DNA of 32,000 nucleotides from Candidatus Lokiarchaeum ossiferum (GTDB taxonomy: Archaea > Asgardarchaeota > Lokiarchaeia > Sigyniarchaeales > Promethearchaeaceae): the NCBI GenBank assembly GCA_025839675.1, contig CP104013.1, forward strand, positions 510,001 to 542,000. Direction: 5' to 3'. Positions 8,161 through 19,000 of the stretch are shown here, piece by piece; within the stretch, counting starts at the first letter, position 1; each line of letters starts with the position of its first letter. The position numbers and the translations under genes were made by a program. The notes under the pieces were generated by a model. The model did not search any database, was not told the DNA's origin, and saw only the letters and a program-made list of their open reading frames with translations.

Positions 8161-11100
8161 ATGGCAGAAATCGGAACAAGTTTAAAAAACTCATCGAAAG
8201 TAAAACGATTTGTATTAGCAAGTTCGCTTATTGGGATAGTCACTATAAGTACATTTGTTGGAATGAATCTCAATCTTTTTGGCTTTGGGGAAGCCGATGG
8301 TATTTTTCCTGTTTTAATATCTCCCAATCCGAGTATGGAGTCTGATTTCTATGAGGGAGAACCGATTGTTTTTAATGCGACAGTATATAAAATTCTTAAA
8401 GGAGAGGTCGAGACAACAAGTGCGGATAATTTTAATTTCCAAACAGACTTGAATTTCACGTGGTATTTCCGGTCCATCGAATGGGAAACCCCGATTAAAC
8501 TATATGAAAGTCCCGGGGCAGCTCATATTGCGCTATCAGCTCTCAAACCAGGAACCTATGAAATTTCTGTGGAAGTGATAGGGATTGAAACGGATTACGA
8601 TCTTCTGAATCCTAATGATTATTTAATAGATAATGCAAGCGAACCGATTAATTATGCACTGGCTCAATTTACTGTTCACCCTCTTATTTCTTTAGATTCA
8701 TGGATTAGTCATCCCGCGGACTATTCGAATCATATTATGGGGGAACCGATCCAATTTAATGGAATCACACGATCGACGGTGAACTCTTCCGTCACCAATC
8801 ATTTGGTAGAAGCAAATGTAGATATTGTAAATCAAGTCACACATTTTATCGATCAAACCGAGTTAGAACAGGTTGTGACCTCCCAACTCCCCTTTTTAGA
8901 TGTATCCACTGTGGTAGGTTCCATTGAATATTTGGACCCTATCCAATTAGAGTATTTAATTCCTTCCAAAAGTGCCCAAATAGAATGGATTGATGATTAT
9001 ATTGATCCCCAGGGGCAGGTTACCCAAAATATTCTCATTGGTGATAACTATGATATCACGATAAACTCATTACCCATAGGATTTCACAGCATTCGAATGC
9101 AAGTTATGGATGAAACCACCAACTATACTTCAAGCTCAACAGTGAATCTGTGGATATCAAATTCAACCCAACCTACGGTACCCTATCTGCATGAATTTTA
9201 TAATGATCTCACAATGGAGGGAAATTTTATCCTTGATTGGGATGCCTCAATCCCAACTACCCCCAATACAATCATTCAGACATATGATATTCAACAAACA
9301 TCTCGCACCGATATTTTATACTTGGACGATCAAGAATATATCGAGGAACAATCCACTTTCTATAACATTTCTACCGAAACAACTTATAAAATGTTTGAGA
9401 ATTTCACTTCGACAACTGATTTTACCAAGTATGAAGAGGGAAAAGTGTGGTTCCGGGTTCGGGCTGTCGATAGTAATGGTATTTATTCCCATTGGACTCA
9501 ACCCATTGGAATGACCGTTGATCGGGCACCTTCAAATATATATTGTTCAGGTGTTTTTGGCGAAGACGCCGAAAGAATTGATCTCCATAGTACGGAGTAT
9601 ACTTCCCAGAAAGGTGAGATTATCGATGATCAAATCAATGATAATTTTTTAGAAACGGGAGAATTTCGACCGAACCCTGCATTTTTCGATCTATATGAGG
9701 GTCAATTCGAACAATCAGAAAATCGAAGTGAATTTGAAACGATTTATTCGCAGTTACCTTCCACTTCCATTGAGGAAGCAATTTCCATCTTGCAATACCA
9801 ACCCTTTAGCATTCACTTACAACAGGTCAACAGTTCACTCCCAATCGATCCAGATACCGAGGCAAATCAATTGCGTTACACTCTTATTTCAGATTTGGAT
9901 GGAAAATTATTTTCAGGAAAAGGTTATGGAGATACGATTCAAATCTCATGGGAGGAGCAGATTTATCCCTATTTAACCTCTCAAGAAATAGATTTTTGTG
10001 GTTTGAGTGTTGGGCACCATATCATGACCATTTTGATCCAAGATACTTTTGATTTAATATATCAACTCCCTTCCCTAGTGATAAATGTGTCTGAGTACAT
10101 TCCCCTTTGGGAAAATATCACACTGCAAACAACTCCTGAAAGTTTTTATGACTATACAGGCGATGGTCGTCACGATTTATCTGAAATAGTATTACAAGGG
10201 GACTTGCCCCATCTTAATCCATATTATCCCAATTGGGAATCAATCAAACCACAATATATCAAATATTGGTACTTTCAAGTCTTCCAAGAGTACGGAAATC
10301 AAAGTTTTGAAGAAATTTTCCAAGTAAATGCATCACATGTAAATACGACAGCCACCTCTTTCACCTATCTCGTCCAAGGATTGATTTCAAGTAACTATAC
10401 CTTCCATATTGCAGTTGAAGATGTTCATGGCCATGTATCCAATTGGAGTACCTCTCTTTTAATCGTCAATACATCTAATGCCCCTTTAGTAGCACCCTAT
10501 GATCATAAATTACCCATTTTATTGGATGCGGATAATCCCCCTCCAAATCCTGTAATTGGTCTTATAAATACCTATTATGCCGATGAAATTTCCCAGATTT
10601 CTACCGATGAACTTTTACTCTTGAATGCCTCTCAATCATCGGATCTAAATGGAGACAGTTTGGAATATACATGGCATTTTGATGGCTCGGGAATTGAAAC
10701 ATGGTACGAAAGCTATGATCTCCATGCAGAAGTTCTGGAGGTTAGTCCGGAAATCTGTGGAAACGATTTAGATCCAGAATTTGAACTCGATATGCGTGAT
10801 GGAGATCACTATGGGGATTGGGGTGTTCACGAAATCACCCTTGAAGTATTTGATGGAGTCACAAGTGTTAACACCAGTATTCTTGTGGAAATCATTCCTC
10901 CAAATGTCGCCCCTGAAATCACTGGACTCGCATTCTATAACGGTCATGTGGATGCTGCAACTTCACTAGCGTATATGTATGATGCCGAAACATGCATTCT
11001 TTATCCAGATCATCTCTTTCATTTTGATCATCTGCTAAACCCTCAAACTCTTAGTATTTCCTACATTCTTACCGATTTGACCAGCCAATCAACCTCATAT

Positions 11101-13050
11101 TTAGGGACAAAATCGATCCCGCGAGAAGAATTTAGTTTTGAAAATCCTCTTTTGAATCCAAATCGAGCGTTAGAATATGGAATTATTCTCCAACAAATGC
11201 AACCCGGATTTTACGATATAAATGCAACGATTTCCGATGGATATGTTTCTATCTCGTGCAACTTTTCGTTCGAAGTGAAAGTTGACATCACACCTTATGA
11301 TCTTGGGATAACCCTCAAAAATCAGAATGGTGGAGAAATTGAAAAAATTGACGGTAAATATACCATTTTACTCAACCAACCTTTAAAATTTGAACTCCAA
11401 TGGATTGATAATCACCCGGATTCACAAGCAGAAATTTCGGTGTCCGCTTCAGGATTGGGTGTAATTTATGAAGGTCCGGGCATTCGATTGATTGATAGTT
11501 TATCGGAAAAAAGTCATTTTACTAAAGGAGGGGAGACAGAATTGACCTTCACAGTTCGAGATCAATGGGGAAAATCCAATTCAACCTCAATAACGGTGAT
11601 GGTTTATTATGTCACCATCTTGAATGATGATAATACCAATACGGTTGCCCGGCAAATTGCAATTTCCAAGGAATATTTAGGACATGGATATTCGAAGCTG
11701 AATAATTTCGGGGATGTTGATCGTTCCGAGAAGTATGTTAATACGTGGAGTTCGGAACTCGGGGACGATCAAATTGATACTGATGATGGTTATTATGCAG
11801 ATACATATCTAAGTTTGGATCCTTCTATTTTTATGGATGCGGAGTATGTTAGGGTCTGGTTTCAACTCGATTCCCGATTTGATAAAGATTACTTGGAGTT
11901 TTATGATGGAGATGGGGATCTAGTCTGGAAAATACGGCGACATTCAGATAGTGCAACAGCAGGATATCAATATCTCGCGGGAGACAATACTTGGAAGAGC
12001 CTTTATCAAATGCAACTTTCCAGTACTCGAGATAATCTTGAAACCAATTATTTAAGTACCACATGGGAGCATAGTATCAATTCCCGGTTAGTCTATGTGG
12101 TGGTTCCGGGGGACACCGTGACTATGAAATGGAAAACAGGTTCAAAAGATGGAGCGCTTGCAAATGTTTTTGGAAAACGAGGATTTCGTATCGCTTACTA
12201 TGAAGCTCTAGGAGAATCGGAAATCAAATTACGTTCGCCTTTAGATTTAAATTTAGATAAGTTTAATGCCTTTTTGGGGTTGAATAAAAATGAACTTGTT
12301 GGAAATGTTTTAGGCACCGTCATAAAAGCGGTTTGGTATAAACTTATAGAAATCTGGTTTGAGAATGAGTGGGATTCTCGGTGGGTGGAATTTACAGAAG
12401 AAGTGGACTATTTAGGCGCATTAACCTTTGAAATTTCTGCAATGTATAATCGATTCACTTCCGAATTTCGAGTGAATCTCGATGTGGAATACGAGCCAAA
12501 AAAAACACCTGGTGTTGGTGCCGCCATGAACTCTGTTAAACTATCAGTTGGAGGATCGGGCACATTTGCCGCAATTATTGATCCTTTCCAATTAAAAGAA
12601 GCATCTATGAGCTTTTTTGGAAAGGCGAGCAAGGAGATCAGTATTGTCGCACTCATTGGGAAACTTCCAGGCATGTCAAAAATTGGATCGAGTATAAAAA
12701 AAGCCGATAAATACCTCGACAAATATGGATATGGATTCCCAAAAATTGATTTATATGTAGAATTTCGGATTTCTGGAGGATATCGATCGGATCTAGGGTG
12801 GTACGGATTATTTGAGGTTACTGTTGGGGCATCAATTACATTTTTCAAGAAATTAGTTCATCTAGGTGTTGATTTAGGAATGTATATTGGTGGAAGTCAG
12901 AAAAAAGGTTTTACTTGGGGAATTACCGCCAACGCGTATTTCAAAATTCGTCTGACATTAAAAGCACTAATAGGAAATTATTGGTGGGTTCCTGGAAGTA
13001 CCCTATATTCCAAGAAATACACCATCCGGGTGGTACTACCATTCTTTTAG
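8161..13050 (+). CDS. Giant secreted/surface protein (1629 aa) with Ig/FN3-like, PKD-like and CUB-like regions and a beta-strand-rich C-terminal module
   Basis: N-terminal signal/anchor is KVKRFVLASSLIGIVTISTFVGM. FN3-like segments end in FRVRAVDSNGIYSHWTQP (about 9180-9520) and HIAVEDVHGHVSNWSTS (about 10255-10470). A PKD-like segment reads SSDLNGDSLEYTWHFDG...GVHEITLEVFDG (about 10600-10900). A CUB-like segment reads DKDYLEFYDGDGD...GFRIAYYEAL (about 11790-12215). More than 20 N-x-S/T sequons by hand count. Confidence 0.8.
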   Translation: MAEIGTSLKNSSKVKRFVLASSLIGIVTISTFVGMNLNLFGFGEADGIFPVLISPNPSMESDFYEGEPIVFNATVYKILKGEVETTSADNFNFQTDLNFTWYFRSIEWETPIKLYESPGAAHIALSALKPGTYEISVEVIGIETDYDLLNPNDYLIDNASEPINYALAQFTVHPLISLDSWISHPADYSNHIMGEPIQFNGITRSTVNSSVTNHLVEANVDIVNQVTHFIDQTELEQVVTSQLPFLDVSTVVGSIEYLDPIQLEYLIPSKSAQIEWIDDYIDPQGQVTQNILIGDNYDITINSLPIGFHSIRMQVMDETTNYTSSSTVNLWISNSTQPTVPYLHEFYNDLTMEGNFILDWDASIPTTPNTIIQTYDIQQTSRTDILYLDDQEYIEEQSTFYNISTETTYKMFENFTSTTDFTKYEEGKVWFRVRAVDSNGIYSHWTQPIGMTVDRAPSNIYCSGVFGEDAERIDLHSTEYTSQKGEIIDDQINDNFLETGEFRPNPAFFDLYEGQFEQSENRSEFETIYSQLPSTSIEEAISILQYQPFSIHLQQVNSSLPIDPDTEANQLRYTLISDLDGKLFSGKGYGDTIQISWEEQIYPYLTSQEIDFCGLSVGHHIMTILIQDTFDLIYQLPSLVINVSEYIPLWENITLQTTPESFYDYTGDGRHDLSEIVLQGDLPHLNPYYPNWESIKPQYIKYWYFQVFQEYGNQSFEEIFQVNASHVNTTATSFTYLVQGLISSNYTFHIAVEDVHGHVSNWSTSLLIVNTSNAPLVAPYDHKLPILLDADNPPPNPVIGLINTYYADEISQISTDELLLLNASQSSDLNGDSLEYTWHFDGSGIETWYESYDLHAEVLEVSPEICGNDLDPEFELDMRDGDHYGDWGVHEITLEVFDGVTSVNTSILVEIIPPNVAPEITGLAFYNGHVDAATSLAYMYDAETCILYPDHLFHFDHLLNPQTLSISYILTDLTSQSTSYLGTKSIPREEFSFENPLLNPNRALEYGIILQQMQPGFYDINATISDGYVSISCNFSFEVKVDITPYDLGITLKNQNGGEIEKIDGKYTILLNQPLKFELQWIDNHPDSQAEISVSASGLGVIYEGPGIRLIDSLSEKSHFTKGGETELTFTVRDQWGKSNSTSITVMVYYVTILNDDNTNTVARQIAISKEYLGHGYSKLNNFGDVDRSEKYVNTWSSELGDDQIDTDDGYYADTYLSLDPSIFMDAEYVRVWFQLDSRFDKDYLEFYDGDGDLVWKIRRHSDSATAGYQYLAGDNTWKSLYQMQLSSTRDNLETNYLSTTWEHSINSRLVYVVVPGDTVTMKWKTGSKDGALANVFGKRGFRIAYYEALGESEIKLRSPLDLNLDKFNAFLGLNKNELVGNVLGTVIKAVWYKLIEIWFENEWDSRWVEFTEEVDYLGALTFEISAMYNRFTSEFRVNLDVEYEPKKTPGVGAAMNSVKLSVGGSGTFAAIIDPFQLKEASMSFFGKASKEISIVALIGKLPGMSKIGSSIKKADKYLDKYGYGFPKIDLYVEFRISGGYRSDLGWYGLFEVTVGASITFFKKLVHLGVDLGMYIGGSQKKGFTWGITANAYFKIRLTLKALIGNYWWVPGSTLYSKKYTIRVVLPFF

Positions 13051-13054
13051 GAGG
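13050..13054 (+). promoter_or_regulatory. Shine-Dalgarno-like GGAGG for the 2220-aa gene
   Basis: In TAGGAGGAAATCATAATG, the GGAGG overlaps the upstream stop codon and lies 8 nt before the ATG at 13063. Confidence 0.6.
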
Positions 13055-13062
13055 AAATCATA

Positions 13063-16000
13063 ATGAATAACATATATCAAAAAACAAGAAAGAAACTCAT
13101 ATTTGGATTACTTTTCGGGTTGATACTAAATCAATATATATCAACTTCTTTCCTAACGACTTATAAACCATTAGATGACGAAGAAAACCAAACAAATTAT
13201 TCCTCATTCCTGGATGAACTCACTCCGCTAGTGAATCAATCATCTATTACCAACAGAAATCAAGAAGATGAAAATTTGATTCAAAACACACCACAATCTC
13301 CCGCACCATCACTTTTGGAACAAATTTATAGAGGAAAAGACCAATTCACAGGATTTATAAAAAATGAAGGACAATTAGGAGATTTCAACAGTTATGTGGA
13401 ATATTATCACAATTATGAAAAGGGTAAACTCGGATTTGGAAGAAATCAGCTTCATTATGTTTACGCTCCCGATGCCTTGAGCACAGCAAGCACGAGTTTT
13501 TCAGTTCAATTTTTAGAGATCCCCGATCCGAAGATTCAAGCCTTTGATCAGAAATCAAGCTATCATAATATTTTGACAGCAAATTCAGATTTTGCACGAC
13601 TTCATTCCTACGAAACCTTAAAATATACTAGCCCTTCATTTAACATCGAAACGGAATTTTTTGGAGGAGATCATGGCAACATTAATGGATTGATTAAACT
13701 TCCTTCAATTTCAGCCTTGAAACAAGTTGTAATTCGAACTTCCGCTGGATTAAGTACCCATGTGATTGATAATCAGATTCAAGTTACACGGGAGAAATCA
13801 TCTGAAGTCCACCAAAACCCTCTTTTGTCTTTGTCCGAAATCTATGCATTTAGTGAGCAAGGAGAACTTTATGAATTGGGCTTCATTCAATTGGATTCTT
13901 TGTCAGTTGGATTCCAACTCATGAATATAAAAGATCCTGGACCATTTTATTTATACTTCGGTTCAATTCTCCCCGGAATGCAGAAAAATTCCAAGTTACC
14001 TCAATTTCAATCAACTCTAACCCAGCCATGGAGTGCTGCTGACGATGAAGATCCTCCCATCATCACCAATGTGAATTATGATCCTCAAGATCCGACCCCA
14101 TTGGACAATGTAAAAATAGTCGCCGATATAGAAGATATTTCTGGGATTAGTTTAGCCCGAGTCTACTACAGAGCATCAACCGATTACATTTGGCATAATT
14201 CCACCATGATTTTTGATACAGGAACAACATATAATGCATTCATTGGATATTTTGAAATGGAAACTTATATTGATTATTTTATTGAAGCGTTCGATAATTC
14301 AGTTGCATATAATTCGATCAATTCTACTACAGAATATTTTTACATCGATGTAATTGATGATGAAAACCCTCCAGAGGTTTCGAATATCCAAGTTTTACCG
14401 CTATATCCAAATGATCAAGATTCGATTTTAATTCAAGCCGAAATTATTGATATAAATAGTTTTTCTGCAGTCGTTCAATATCGAAACAAATCAAATGTTT
14501 GGAATAATGCAGATATGAATCATATAAGTGGAAATATTTATCAAACTTCCATATCAAATCAAACAGGCTTTGTAGAATATAATTTTTGGGTACAAGACAA
14601 TTCAATGAATATGAACAGTGCGGTCGTAAAAAATTCTAGTGAAAATTTTAACTTCACTTCAGTCGATACTCAACCTCCTGTTTTCAAATATCAATCTATC
14701 GTCCCAGGGTTTCCTACACCAGATGAACTTGTAACCATAACTACAAGTATTGAAGATAAAGGGCAAATGCAAAATGTGACTATAATTTATCAAGTTAATA
14801 GTGGACAATGGCAAAGAAAAAATATGACAAAGAAATCTGATTCCTTATATGATTATATAATTGGGCCCTTTGTATTATCCGACCACATAAATTACTATTT
14901 TGAAGCCTATGATACATTAAATCATCAGATAACTGTCGATAATAGTGGAATGTTCTATTATTTTGATGTAGAGGATAGATCTACAGCATTTTCTGATTCC
15001 TTCTGTTCATATTTTGGAGCAGGTGCTCATTCTAAAATTAAAACCCTCCAAGTAGATTCGGATGGATTTATTTATATTGCTGGTTCAACTCAGTCTTATA
15101 ATTTTCCCAGCACACCAGGTTCTTTCCAAGAAACGGGATTAAGTGAAGTGTGTGCATTTATCACAAAATTAACTCCAGATGGACGGGAAATGATTTTTTC
15201 CACATTAATAGGCTCTTCAACCAATGCCGTCTCGGCAGGAAATGAAACTATCATTGAGGATATTGCCTTAGATTCATCGAAAAATATTTATGCGGTGGGA
15301 TCCACAATGGGGCACAATTTTCCAATACAAGGCGAAGATGGGAAAACTCCCGTTCAAGAATACTGGACTTGGGGTTTAGAAGGATTTTTGTTGAAACTGA
15401 AACCAGATGGCACAGAACTTAGCTTTTCCACCTTTATTGGGGCGAGCACTGGACATGAAAATATTACCGCTGTGATTTTAGATGAACTCCGAAATATTTA
15501 TGTAACTGGTTCATCAACCTCATCTGATATGCAAACGACCGATGGCGCTTATCGCACTTCGAGTGACTTTACACTTCCAGCAGGAAATGCTTCAGGCATT
15601 TTGGCGAAAATTTCTCCTGATGGGACCACGTATGAATTCCTAACCTATTTGGGAGGTGAACGGGATTTTCGTCCCATGGATATTGCGTTAGACAGCCAAA
15701 AGAATATTTTTGTGGTAGGAAATGCAGAATGTGGTATGATGGATTGTACTATAGGAAGGATTGGCCCCTATCGGGAAGGTTTTATAACGGAAATCAGCAA
15801 TGATGGAACATCGCTTATCATGCAAAGATTCACTATTGGAAATGAATCCGAATATATTGAATCAATAGTAATTAGTAAAGATGATTACCCAATCGTGGCT
15901 GGTTACACAAATTCTTCCAGGTTGGAGTACGAATTTGGAGGGTTGTATTCTGAAAATATGGGGGGAAAATATGATGGATTTATTCTTACTTTAAAAAATG

Positions 16001-19000
16001 ATTCATCCGGAGAAATCTGCGCGGGAACATTTATTGGATCCGATCAGAATGATCAAATATATTCACTTTCACTAGATCCCCAAAATTCCGTATATGTCGG
16101 GGGAATTACAACATCCACCAATTTAACGCTTACGACTAATGCCTTCCAAAGTACCCATGGAGGCAGATTTGACAATTTCCTTTATAGATTGGATTTCAAT
16201 CTAACCACCATCCTCTATGGAAGTTATTTTGGAGGAAATTCGACTGATATCCTAACGGATATGGTATTAGATCCGAATTACTTCGCATATTTTGTCGGCG
16301 AAACAAACTCTCCCAATCTAGCAACACAGGATAATGCACTTCAAAGCACTTATCAAAGTGAAAGCTCGTATTTATTAAAAATCACACCACAACTTGCTGA
16401 AACCTCTGTGATGTTAAGTTCCCCGGAATTTATTCTGGCAGAACTTGGAAGTTCATTCAATATCTCATTGGAAGTTCAATCCTTCACAGGGATTTTTAAT
16501 GCATCGATTCATTATACCCTAGATAATCAGAATTGGATAACCATCCTCGCAGAAAGAAAAAATCTCACACACTATTCAGCTAGCTTAGGCCCATTTACAG
16601 CAGGTTCTAAAGTTAAATATTACCTTGAGGTCCGAGATCTTGCCGCACCAATGGAGCCGGTGATCAATAATAACTCAAATCAATTTTATCACATTATTTA
16701 TCCTCAAGCGGATTCCAGCGGGGATTTTTCTTCCCCAAACTGGAATATGTTTGAAGCCGTACAAGATAAAAATATACTTCGATTTACAGGAAATGCCACA
16801 GATTTAAACGATATTGCAGTCGTCAAGTTACATTATTCAGTAGATGGGGGTGATGAGAAGAGCTTCATATGTCAAGAGATTGAAAAGACTTATAATGAAG
16901 GAGAAATCAAGTGGGAAGTTACTTATCAAGCAATACTAGACTTTCTTTCGTTCGGAGTCGATGTAGAGTATTGGTTTCAAATTTTAGATAATTCGCTTAA
17001 TCACAATTCTATAAATTATCCAATCTATCATATTAGTTTTGAGGAAACGGATATAATCCCCCCCAATATCACTGAATTGACATTATCACCGATTTCACCA
17101 ACACAGAAAGATGAGATTCTGGTGACCGTCACAATTAGAGATGAGAACTCTATTGGATATACATTTATTAGGTATAGTCTTAACGGAGGAGTTTGGCAAG
17201 AACAAACACTTCAAGCATTAGGCAATGATCGATTTCAAGCAAATCTTGGTAAATTCCAGGAGTTCACCTCCATAAAATATTTCATTGGAGCATATGATCT
17301 TTCGGTAAATTCAAATTACCAAGAATTGAATAATGAAGGTCAAAACTATACTGTGCAAATCTGCTATCTCGATGAAATCAAACCAGAAATTCTGAACCTA
17401 AATTATCCAACAGAACCAATGTATACCAATCAACAGATATCAATTCAATTTGATGTATTTGACATATCAAATATATCTCAAGTAGAAATATTTTATCAAT
17501 ATATGGGAGAAAACTGGAATAGCTCAATTTTATCGCTAAACCAATCAAATCATTATGATTTAGAATTCAATACAGGAGAAATTAGAAATGAATTCCAATT
17601 TTATCTCCGAGTAGTTGATAATTCTTCTCTCCATTTGTCAAAAATTTATAATAACCAAGGAGTGTTTTATAAGATTCCAATTCTTTCTCGTGAAACGGGT
17701 TCAATATGGCTAGACCATTCCACTAATGGAAATGAATTTTCAAATATTCGGGTTTTTGATCAAGATCAAAATCTAAATCGAAGGGAAATAGATTATATAA
17801 CAGTGAATGTAACATCCTCAGTAAATTTGGTTGAAAAAGAAATCCCTCTTTATGAATCAGGACTGGATACGGGTGTTTTTGTCGGTATACTCTGGTATAG
17901 TCCATTTAACGAAAACTTGGACATACAAATAGAGAATAGTGCAAATATATCAATCCAATATATAGATCCATCTTCTAATGAATTGGAGATTCAAGCAATT
18001 ACCTACAATTTCCAATGGTATGCCACTTCAATAGCACGCCTTACTTTTGATAAAATGACCTATTCGTTTAATGAGTCAATTTTAACTTCAATTATTGATC
18101 TCGATGCAAACAACAATTCAACAGAAATTGATACAGCTTACGTCCGAATTCGATCCACTTTAGATCGGAATGGTTTCCTTTTACCTCTTACAGAAACCCA
18201 TCCAAATTCAAGTGTATTTTTCGGTGCTTTTTCTGTCAATGAACAAGAAACGCGTTCTGAGAGTTATGAGATTTTTTGTTGGGATGGATGGAATGTATTT
18301 GCTGAATACTCAGATACTACACCCACGGACACAGTTCAATCTACTCTTACTGAAGAAATTAAATACTTATCGGATTCATCTCAAAATTCTTTTCATACTA
18401 CAATCTTCCCCATTCAACCTAAAAATGGTGATTTGGTAAGATTTATCATTAGCGTTCCTCTAAGGATGGGAGTTGAAGAAATTACAATTCATACAGAACA
18501 AAACCAGATAATTTTGAATAAGAGTTATTCATCCATATATGAAACAGTGTTTGTAGGATGGATTCTTGCTGAGGAAGAGGACCTTAAACTCACCTATCAT
18601 ATAAAATTGAAATTATTGGATGGAGAATTAATCGAAAGTAAGGATTACACTCTTGATCTATTACCAGCGAAAATTAATTTCCAATGCCATTATGAGCAAA
18701 GTGGAAGTAAGGCAAAGTTTGCTTTATTGTCATTTAATTCAAGAGATCAACCACTACCTGATGTGGAATACAATATATGGGGTTATAATTTAAACAATTA
18801 TCAATATCTTGATATGGTGGTTATCACATCTGAATCGGGAATTTCAACGTTTTATCTTGATCCAACAGAATTAGATTTGTCCATAGGGAGTTATAATATT
18901 TGGTTTGAAGTATCTAAACCAGATTATGATAATGTCATTATTGAATACATGATTGAAATTGTGTATGGAATACCTATGCATCGAGGGAGAAATGCAATTG

